A stretch of 64,000 nucleotides of DNA, taken from the NCBI GenBank assembly GCA_965243145.1, contig CBDEUB010000002.1, positions 878,354-942,353 of the forward strand, read 5' to 3'. Shown one piece after another: positions 37,640-44,623 of the stretch (positions within the stretch are counted from its first letter, which is position 1; each line of letters starts with the position of its first letter). The stretch is from Bacteriovoracaceae bacterium (GTDB lineage: Bacteria > Bdellovibrionota > Bacteriovoracia > Bacteriovoracales > Bacteriovoracaceae). The position numbers and the translations under genes were made by a program. Below the pieces are notes generated by a model that saw only the letters and a list, made by a program, of their open reading frames with translations, was not told the DNA's origin and did not search any database.

Positions 37640-38044
37640 ATGAAGAACGAAAGTAATAAAGTTGCTCAAATTGCTATGCCTTTTCGGCAAGTTTTTAGAG
37701 ATTTTTTCAAATCAACTTTATGTAATGACAAAGGTGAAATAACGCAATCAGAAAAAACTAAGCTCGCCAGGTATTTAAAACAATCAGAGTCACAGGTCGA
37801 AAAAATTATTTATTATGGCCTTGGTGGGTTCGACCCTATCGTGGCGATTTTTGAATATTGCTTAAAACGAGAATCAAAAGATGCTGCTAAAGTTTTAAAA
37901 AACACTTTGTTAAATATTAAGAAAAATCACCATTTGTTAGATAAGGCCGATGAAAAATGGCTTTCCATACCTCTTAAAAAAAGAAGATATTACATGGCCG
38001 TTATTGAGGCCGCCGAACTTTTGGAAAAAAAACTTTTGAAATAA
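37640..38044 (+). CDS. hypothetical protein, possible HTH regulator
   Basis: 134 aa, divergent from the 37470 operon across an AT-rich 170-bp spacer. The HTH-like segment is TKLARYLKQSESQVEKIIY. Confidence 0.45.
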   Translation: MKNESNKVAQIAMPFRQVFRDFFKSTLCNDKGEITQSEKTKLARYLKQSESQVEKIIYYGLGGFDPIVAIFEYCLKRESKDAAKVLKNTLLNIKKNHHLLDKADEKWLSIPLKKRRYYMAVIEAAELLEKKLLK

Positions 38045-38167
38045 CTGAAGTCTAATAATAGTTAGCATCAGAACTCTACAAAATAATAAAAACATCTTCT
38101 GGTTTCACCTTCTGAAAAAATGCCTGGAGCACCACCTTTATAGATGGAACTCCAGGCCTGAAGGCCC

Positions 38168-38345
38168 TCAGGAGAGGGCCGGACGAACCTGGTAGCCGAT
38201 CCTTTGGCTGCCGTATTTTGATCTGATTTCCTCGATGGAACTATCGCCCTTGTAATACCCTCGCTTTTCCGATGGCGGGTGAAAGTACCACATTTGCTTT
38301 TTGCGGTTCCAATGGAAACTCGCCTGTTTGAAGGCCTCCTTATGA
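38168..38345 (-). pseudogene. C-terminal fragment of an IS-disrupted phage/plasmid-type J-domain gene
   Basis: It encodes ...(H/N)KEAFKQASFHWNRKKQMWYFHPP...IEEIRSKYGS. It joins in frame to the N-terminal fragment at 41931-42253 when the IS stack is removed. Confidence 0.7.
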
Positions 38346-39373
38346 GAAGCTGTCTTAAAAGTCCATTTTCCTATCAAATCTCCTTAGCATGAGGTGAGTC
38401 ATAGCAATATAAAGAATGGCCTTGCTTGTCTCGGGCAACCTCTCGTAATCCTTGCTGAGTCTCCTGTAGTTGAGTAACCAACCAAAAGTTCTTTCCACAA
38501 TCCAGCGTTTCCGAATAACTTTAAAACCTTTACCCTTATCTTTTCGTAAAACAATATCTATTTTTCTGCCAAAACAATATTTTGCAATTTCGACAAATGC
38601 TCCTCTATAACCTCCATCGGCCCATATAACTTTTAACCTAGAAAATAACCCCTTCATTTTATCCAAAACTAGCAGGCCACCTTCCTTGTCTTGAATACTG
38701 GCCAAGTGGACAACAACCGTCATCAGCAAACCGAGCGTATCTACCAGAATATGGCGTTTTCGGCCTTTAATTCTTTTCCCTCCATCATATCCCCTCTCTT
38801 TCCCGGCCACAGAAGTAGTTTTTACGCTTTGACTGTCGATAATGGCCGCCGATGCTTGCGATTTTTTGCCCACGCTTTTCCTAATCTTTCGCCTCAAATG
38901 ATTGTTAATTTCTTCCCAGAGTCCACGAATACGCCAGTTTCTAAAATAGGTATAAACTGTTTTCCAATGAGGGAATCCTTCGGGGAGATAACGCCAAAGG
39001 CATCCAGTTTTTACGATATAAAAAATTGCGTTGAGAATTTCTTTCAAATCATATTTTCGAGGGCGGCCATACCTCCCCGACTGAGGGATTAGTTTCCTCA
39101 ATCTTTTCCATTGTGCTTTGGTTAAATCAGACGGGTAACCTTTTCTTTGTCGGGATTTTTTTCTGGTTTTTCGCTTTCTCTTTCTGCTTTTTGAGACTTC
39201 TTTTTTAGTCGTTCTTGACACATAAACCTCCGTGGCGTTGCAATTATTGTGCGAAAAAGCAGGCCACAAAGGTTTATGTGTAGGAATATTAGGCCATGTA
39301 AAACAAAGGTTGTAAAATGAATATTTTTAAGTTTTAGGGATTGTGCGCTTAGACGAATGGACTTTTAAGACAG
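38346..39373 (-). mobile_element. IS5-family (IS427/IS1031-like) insertion sequence, 1032 bp; its last 4 bp (CTTC) are displaced to 41927-41930
   Basis: The IRs are GAAGCTGTCTTAAAAGTCCATT (38346-38367) and AATGGACTTTTAAGACAG (39356-39373) plus CTTC. The flanking triplets are TGA (38343-45) and TTA (41931-33), TNA-type with one mismatch. Confidence 0.8.
38355..39269 (-). CDS. IS5-family transposase (DUF4096 N-terminal + DDE domain)
   Basis: YPSDLTKAQWKRLRKLIP...EILNAIFYIVKTGCLWRYLPEGFPHWKTVYTYFRNW, then IIDSQSVKT, VIWADGGY and ERTFGWL. Confidence 0.9.
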   Translation of the reverse strand: MWPAFSHNNCNATEVYVSRTTKKEVSKSRKRKRKTRKKSRQRKGYPSDLTKAQWKRLRKLIPQSGRYGRPRKYDLKEILNAIFYIVKTGCLWRYLPEGFPHWKTVYTYFRNWRIRGLWEEINNHLRRKIRKSVGKKSQASAAIIDSQSVKTTSVAGKERGYDGGKRIKGRKRHILVDTLGLLMTVVVHLASIQDKEGGLLVLDKMKGLFSRLKVIWADGGYRGAFVEIAKYCFGRKIDIVLRKDKGKGFKVIRKRWIVERTFGWLLNYRRLSKDYERLPETSKAILYIAMTHLMLRRFDRKMDF

Positions 39374-39417
39374 AAATAATGGATGACCGCCCTTTTTAAC
39401 CGGGGACTGGTTACCCC

Positions 39418-40503
39418 GGCCTTGTTGCGTAAATGAGGCAGGTTAAAGCGTTGAAATAAGAGGAAAATGCCGGCATCCTATATTTTGGAAAAAAGCAAGG
39501 AGGCCGGCGATGTCAAAGGTAGCATATAAAATCCAAAATTGGAGTCAATATAATCGTGCCCTCATCAATCGAGGCAATATCACCCTATGGTTTAATGAGG
39601 ATGCCATCCAATCCTGGTTTGCTGACACGGAAAGTCGGAAAGGGAGGCCATATTTTTTTAGCGAAACTTGCATCCTCTTATGCCTCACCCTCCGCGCTCG
39701 ATTCAACCTTCCCCTGCGCACCACTCAAGGTTTGATTGAAGGACTCTTTGAACAGTTGGGTTTGGCGCTACCTGTGCCCAGCTATACCCAGCTTTGCCGT
39801 CGCTCCAGCAGTATCAAAATTCCCTCCAAGGCCAAGAATATCCGCAGGCCTATTAATGTTGTGGTGGATTCCACTGGCCTTAAAGTGTACGGGGAAGGGG
39901 AATGGAAAATGAGGATTCATGGGAAATCGAAAAGGCGGACTTGGCGCAAGCTGCATTTGGCAGTGAATCCCCAATCGTTTGAGATAGTGTCGATGGAATT
40001 AACAGAGTCAAATAGAACGGATGGAAAAACGCTTCCGAGTTTGATTAAAGATATTCCCCAAATTAAAGAAGCGTTTGCGGATGCGGCGTATATGTATAGG
40101 GAATGTTTTGAGTCGATAGATGCCAAAGGAGGGAAGGCGATTATTGATTTGCGAGGGGGAACTTCGCTGGCGCGAGCGCCTACGCCAGGTTTGGCACAGA
40201 GGAATAGGATAGTGAGAGAACTTTGGGAGAGTTCGAGTAAGAGGAGTTGGAAGAAGAGAGTGGGTTATCACAGGCGGAGTTTAGTGGAAACCCAGATGTT
40301 CCGCTTTAAAAAGCTGCTAGGGCCTTCGCTGTTGTCGAGGAAGATGGCCACCCAGGTGGCGGAAGCAGAGATAAAGACGATGGTGCTGAATTGTATGACT
40401 CGTCTCGGAATGCCTCGGACTATGGCCATTCCCACTGGATAGCAAAATTTTTCCTTTCCTGTGGGGCCTCCGCAACTCTAATCCCGATTTATGCAACAAG
40501 GCC
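39418..40503 (+). mobile_element. IS5-family, IS903-group insertion sequence (1086 bp)
   Basis: The terminal IRs are GGCCTTGTTGCGTAAAT and GGCCTTGTTGCATAAAT. As I remember it, this is close to the IS903 IR GGCTTTGTTGAATAAAT. A perfect 9-bp TSD GGTTACCCC lies at 39409-39417 and 40504-40512. Confidence 0.9.
39510..40442 (+). CDS. IS903-group DDE transposase
   Basis: 310 aa. YKIQNWSQYNRALINRGNITLWF, VVDSTGLKVYGEGEWK, AYMYRECF and SLVETQMFRFKKL. Confidence 0.9.
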   Translation: MSKVAYKIQNWSQYNRALINRGNITLWFNEDAIQSWFADTESRKGRPYFFSETCILLCLTLRARFNLPLRTTQGLIEGLFEQLGLALPVPSYTQLCRRSSSIKIPSKAKNIRRPINVVVDSTGLKVYGEGEWKMRIHGKSKRRTWRKLHLAVNPQSFEIVSMELTESNRTDGKTLPSLIKDIPQIKEAFADAAYMYRECFESIDAKGGKAIIDLRGGTSLARAPTPGLAQRNRIVRELWESSSKRSWKKRVGYHRRSLVETQMFRFKKLLGPSLLSRKMATQVAEAEIKTMVLNCMTRLGMPRTMAIPTG

Positions 40504-40529
40504 GGTTACCCCATGTAAAAGTCTGAATA

Positions 40530-41672
40530 ATGGACTTTTACAAACCCAAAAGGAGGGCCATCCAAATGAAAAATGTACTTTATGTGGGATTAGATGTCGA
40601 CGACAAGTCTTTTCACGGAGGGGGATTCTGTGAAGCAACAGGAGAAACTTTGGAATTTAAATGCAAGGCAACAAACGCCAAATTACTGGGAAAACTCAAA
40701 AAACTCGAAGGCCAAGGATTTCAGTTGAAAACCTGCCATGAAGCAAGTTACATGGGCAATTCCCTTCACCGCTATTTAATCTCCAAGGGGATCGATAGCA
40801 CGATCATTGCGCCTTCGATGATTCCCGAGTTAGCGAGCGGACGGGTGAAAACCGATCGAGTCGATAGCAACAAACTTGCCAAGTATTTTGCAAAAGGACT
40901 TTTAACGCCCGTTTATATTCCTGACAAAGTTGACGAACAGGCCAGAGACATTATCCGCTCCCGTAGATTTTTTGTTGAGCAACGAAAATCTCTAAAAAAT
41001 CACATTGTATCGACTTTAAAGCGATACGGACTCAAATATAATGAAGGCGGGGAAAACAAGTCATATTGGACAATTTCGCATATGGCGTGGATTCGCAGGG
41101 AAATAAAAACTTTGGACGACTCAGGCAGGATAAATCTGGAATTTCTTCTTGGGCAATGTGAAAGGATGAATGACTGTATTGAGGAATACGATAAAAAAAT
41201 CGAAGAATTGTCGGAACTGAAAAGGTATAAAAAGAAAAAAAATGCTCTTACTTGTTTTAGAGGTATAAGCACTTTTTCTGCAATGGCGTTGATAACGGAG
41301 ATTGGAGATATTGAAAGATTTTCCCACCCATCGAAACTTGTTTCGTACGCTGGCCTGGATGTCAGTGAATACAGTTCTGGTGGAAAGGAAAAGAAATTTG
41401 GAATAACAAAAATGGGGAATCGTTGGATAAGAACGACGATTGTTGAAAGCAGTCAATTCTCGGGGCGGATATGCCAGATAAGCAAAAGATTAAAAGAGGC
41501 CAGGAAAGGCCAATCGAAAGCAATAGTTGCCATTGCGGATAAATGCATGAAGAGACTACGAAAAAAATCTGTAAGACTTCAAAATATGAACAAACATAGC
41601 AATAAAGTGAAAGTTGCCTGTGCAAGAGAGCACCTGTGTTTTGTCTGGGAGGCACTCAACGCAGCGGCCTGA
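40530..41672 (+). CDS. IS110-family transposase, copy 2
   Basis: It differs from copy 1 by two residues (V>I and M>V near the C-terminus). The likely true start is 40566. Confidence 0.92.
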   Translation: MDFYKPKRRAIQMKNVLYVGLDVDDKSFHGGGFCEATGETLEFKCKATNAKLLGKLKKLEGQGFQLKTCHEASYMGNSLHRYLISKGIDSTIIAPSMIPELASGRVKTDRVDSNKLAKYFAKGLLTPVYIPDKVDEQARDIIRSRRFFVEQRKSLKNHIVSTLKRYGLKYNEGGENKSYWTISHMAWIRREIKTLDDSGRINLEFLLGQCERMNDCIEEYDKKIEELSELKRYKKKKNALTCFRGISTFSAMALITEIGDIERFSHPSKLVSYAGLDVSEYSSGGKEKKFGITKMGNRWIRTTIVESSQFSGRICQISKRLKEARKGQSKAIVAIADKCMKRLRKKSVRLQNMNKHSNKVKVACAREHLCFVWEALNAAA

Positions 41673-41924
41673 AATAATATTAACTGATGACAGTTCCGGT
41701 TTAAAGGAGAAGATAAGGATTTTTTGAGAATTTAAGAACCATGATGTGGTGAAACCCTCGGTAAAGAAGCTTGGTTAAAGTTTCCGATCACAGATAGAGG
41801 ATAACACCGCTCGAACCAAGCTTAATGCGTTAACCAGCACGCGAATATGAGGTTGGAAGTCAAAGGAACTCATAAATTTCTTAAAAAAAACGAATTTTCT
41901 TCTTGCCGGGCGGTCATCCATATG
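41673..41924 (+). ncRNA. candidate IS1111-type bridge/seek guide RNA region of copy 2
   Basis: Same as in copy 1. The target-like segment is at 41762-41780 and the stem is at 41767-41776 and 41813-41822. Confidence 0.45.
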
Positions 41925-41930
41925 AGCTTC

Positions 41931-42253
41931 TTAGGGAAGGTGTTGCCAGACACCCACACCCAAGAGCCGCAAACTTCAATGTTGATGCCAGCCAGATGGA
42001 CGATGGCATTGAGTGCCTGATTCAGCGCCTCGCCGTAGTCGCTGAAGTTTTGGTCGCCGTAGATGGTGAGAGGAAACCGCTCTTGTTTCAGTGTCTCAAA
42101 GGCCTCATTGACCGCCTTCATAATGGCCAAACCAGCAGGGTTCACATCGGGGTGATACTTTTTGCAGGCCTTGCGATAGGCACTTTTCACTTCTTCATAA
42201 GTTACTCGTGCCTGGTTGATGGAGAGGATGTTGAGCGAGTCTAGGAGTTTCAT
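41931..42253 (-). pseudogene. N-terminal fragment (J domain) of the IS-disrupted J-domain gene
   Basis: MKLLDSLNILSINQARVTYEEVKSAYRKACKKYHPDVNPAG...CGSWVWVSGNTFP. The ORF then runs into IS sequence (KKLIWMTARQ...). Confidence 0.75.
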
Positions 42254-42276
42254 AACCGTTCCTTTGTTGGAGTTTT

Positions 42277-42332
42277 AGGGCCTCTTATGATGCCCCTTCA
42301 ACCAAAGGGCCGAGGGGCATTATAAGAGGCCT
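42277..42332. repeat. ~20-bp-arm imperfect hairpin in the leader/upstream region of the J-domain gene
   Basis: The arms are AGGGCCTCTTATGATGCCCCT and AGGGGCATTATAAGAGGCCT, about 19 paired positions with a 15-nt loop. They are flanked by CCGTTCC and GGAACGG. Confidence 0.6.
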
Positions 42333-42906
42333 GAGAGAGCGGGAACGGACAGGCCAGCTTGGGCCACACAGCAATTGAATGACAAAAATTCCCATTTTTG
42401 GCGTGAAATTGCGGCCCAAGCGTCTCGGGCCTGGAAGTGAGAGCGAACGGCAACGGAAACAAAGGTGGGTGAGAAAACCGGACGATTCATTATTCTCTCT
42501 ACTTTAGGCCAGGACTGAGGAAGGAGTGGCCACTATCTGCAAAGTTGCAAAAGTCCCGATGTGCCCAAGTGGCCGGCCTTGAGGTAAGCGGCCATAAGGC
42601 GGCAAGACCTGAAAAAAAACGGCCCTTTCCATCGAAAGTGCAAACATGAAAGGACGAGGGGTCGAATCAAGGCGACAAAAGGCCATATCCATGCGGCGGC
42701 AAATATTGAAAGGGCCTGGGTTTGGGGTGGCACATATCTCGCAAGTTAGGACACGACAGAGCAAGTTACTTGGGGCCACAAAAGTTTAAAGTGGTTGATT
42801 TGCCCGTTTGGAAAAAACAGAGGGTATGAGGGCCGCCAACGGGAGAAGCAAGGCCACCAGGGGCATTGTCGCCCCGAGTGGCCTGAGAAAATGGAAGGCC
42901 GCCCTT

Positions 42907-43329
42907 TTACAGGCGGTCTTTCAGGTCACAAGTCCAGTAATACTGGCCTCCGATTTCGGTGAGTTCTTCTTCTGCAACCAGGTCGTCAATGTACTCATTT
43001 TTGGCCTCACGCCACCAAGTGGAGTGTTCTTTCAGGGTGCTGATGACATCAACTTCAAGTGGCCCCACCATGGCGGTTTCCTCGTAAGCACCTTCCATCA
43101 TGTGCTCGAAGAGTTCATCGGTATTGACGCTTTCCATGCCATCCAGTAGGTACTCAAATGTCCAATCAACGCCGTATTCAACTCCATAACCAGGCATGAG
43201 TCTCATTAGGTCATCGCTTCCACAGCGACGGCAGCGGCCACAGGGGCAGCTAGTGTAACAGGTGTAGCAGAACGGGACAGTCGCTTGCATGGCCTTCTCT
43301 TCGAGTTTGGTTTTAATCTCAGCATTCAT
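42907..43329 (-). CDS. hypothetical acidic Cys-rich protein
   Basis: The start is at MNAEIKTK, 7 nt after AGGAGG. The Cys cluster is FCYTCYTSCPCGRCRRCGSDD. No family recognised. Confidence 0.55.
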   Translation of the reverse strand: MNAEIKTKLEEKAMQATVPFCYTCYTSCPCGRCRRCGSDDLMRLMPGYGVEYGVDWTFEYLLDGMESVNTDELFEHMMEGAYEETAMVGPLEVDVISTLKEHSTWWREAKNEYIDDLVAEEELTEIGGQYYWTCDLKDRL

Positions 43330-43530
43330 AGCATTCCTCCTTTGGAATCGGTTTAAGGTTGGGTGCTCTAAAGAGGCCAAAGCGAGCGCAAGTCAAGAAA
43401 AAAATTGGGGGAGACCTTTAGGGGGAACCGATTTTTTTCTTGACTTGATTAAGCGAGCGGCGGCCTAGGCTCAACACCCATTAAACCGATTCAAAATCAG
43501 GAGGAATGTTTGCTCAAAGATTAAAACCAA
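43309..43530. repeat. long imperfect palindrome centred near 43418 (core of an inverted gene duplication)
   Basis: Perfect 17-bp arms CAAGTCAAGAAAAAAAT (43389-43405) and ATTTTTTTCTTGACTTG (43431-43447). The outer arms share GGTTTTAATCT, ATTCCTCCT and GAATCGGTTTAA in mirror order. Confidence 0.8.
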
Positions 43531-43825
43531 ACAGGAAGGCCTTGCTGGACGGCCCCATTGCCACCGTTACACTGCTTCCTTTGGGCCTTTTGCCTTGCTT
43601 ATGCGCAGGACTTTGACACTTGCCCGGTGTGGGTGAATCGGCGGGATAGACTGGAACACCTGATGGAGCATGAAAGGCCCAATACCTCGATGAGAGGAGG
43701 ACAGAAGGAAATGCTCAAACCGCCGCCCGAGTGGGCCACTTGAAGGCGGAGACAGTGCTGCCTATAAGGACTCCTGTGACGGTGTTTAAAGAGGCAAAAG
43801 AGTGGGGAGACGGCCAGTTCATAAG
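43506..43825 (+). pseudogene. decayed inverted paralogue of the 42907-43329 gene
   Basis: It has a mirror-image RBS and ATG (aggaggaATGtttgctcaaagattaaaaccaaac versus aggaggaatgctATGaatgctgagattaaaaccaaac). DNA similarity continues (for example gtgggccacttgaag versus gtggggccacttgaag) but with frameshifts and stops. Confidence 0.5.
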
Positions 43826-43835
43826 GAGCGCACCA

Positions 43836-44153
43836 CTAGGAGATCTTTAACTTCTTGGCCAGGAACTCGCCCATATTCAAATTGAGGCCATGGGCCTGAT
43901 TGTACTCGGCCAACATCCGTTCGACTTTTTCCATCTCAGTGAGCGACTTTTCCTTGATCTTCTCCACATCCTTGGAATTGAGTTTGGCCAGGGCATGGGC
44001 CACCACATCCTTGAACGAGACCTCTCTGCCCCTTTCTTTTTGATTGGCCTCCTCCAGGATTTTGAGCACCTGGTTGAAGGTTTCCCCGTCCTTTCTCGCA
44101 TCCAGGTAAAAGCGCGATGGATACTTTTTTTTGGTGATGACTTCACTCATCAA
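43836..44153 (-). CDS. hypothetical protein (possibly ribbon-helix-helix-like)
   Basis: 105-aa charged protein. No confident family. Confidence 0.4.
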   Translation of the reverse strand: MMSEVITKKKYPSRFYLDARKDGETFNQVLKILEEANQKERGREVSFKDVVAHALAKLNSKDVEKIKEKSLTEMEKVERMLAEYNQAHGLNLNMGEFLAKKLKIS

Positions 44154-44269
44154 ACCTCCTCATGGTTGAATTTTGGGCATTGGTGTCCAGGGAATCTGGC
44201 ACTGTCAAGGCCCAAACTTTTGTATGGTTGCCCAGTTCCCAAGCGGACTGGTCTCTCTGGTTTTTCCAC

Positions 44270-44502
44270 TCCCCAACTCATCCAAGGCCACGGCAATGAG
44301 CGCCCTGGTGGCACGGGGTTCACTTCTACAAATCACCCGTTCTCAAGGCCGCGGCGGTGGTGCTCTCACCAACACAGGCCCAGCTTCTACGGTATTGACA
44401 CCCTCAAGACTGCGGCAATGATGGCCGAAATAGTACACGCCCCACTTCTACGACACTGACGCCCTCAAGACGGCGGCAATGATGACCGATGCGCCACAAA
44501 TT
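44270..44502. repeat. ~3.5 tandem iteron-like repeats of ~61 bp
   Basis: The units carry the shared skeleton CTTCTAC...GAC.CCCTCAAGAC.GCGGCAATGATG (for example 44380-44440 and 44441-44501). They lie in non-coding DNA beside the replication-relaxation gene. Confidence 0.7.
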
Positions 44503-44623
44503 TCACTGATACGGCACTTACTCTCTCCGCCCAGAGATTTAACCGTTCATGCTCCATACTCTCCAAATTGGCCTGTCAGTCTGCCTCTGCGCCCCTGCCA
44601 CCTCACCCAGGTCTGCGGTTACA

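Larger units (their letters stand above)
39372..41926 (+). mobile_element. IS110-family (IS1111-like) insertion sequence, copy 2, interrupted in its left end by an IS903-like element
   Basis: 39374-41926 is 2553 bp, which equals 1458 (copy 1) plus 1086 (IS903-like) plus 9 (TSD). An AG core lies at both junctions (39372-73 and 41925-26). The subterminal IR is at 39379-39392 and 41908-41921. Confidence 0.9.

Noticed and set aside
38346-38377. The N-terminus MIGKWTFKT of the 38168-38377 ORF.
   Set aside because: These codons lie in the IR of the IS5-family element. The ORF is the 3' fragment of the disrupted J-domain gene, not an independent gene.
41870-41930. The C-terminal tail ...KKLIWMTARQEENSFFLRNL of the 41870-42253 ORF. 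The identical tail appears on the 10905-11153 ORF.
   Set aside because: This tail is read-through into the right end of the IS110-type element and is identical at both copies. It is not part of the native proteins.
42504-42779. 91-aa and 66-aa minus-strand ORFs in the 650-bp gap between the J-domain gene and the Cys-rich gene.
   Set aside because: They have no RBS, unusual composition and mutually overlapping frames. The region is treated as non-coding (see the hairpin finding).
43845-44146. The 89-aa alternative-frame ORF 43877-44146 and the plus-strand ORF 43890-44459.
   Set aside because: Both overlap the better-formed 105-aa ORF (43836-44153), which has an AGGAGG-type RBS at 44158-44163.
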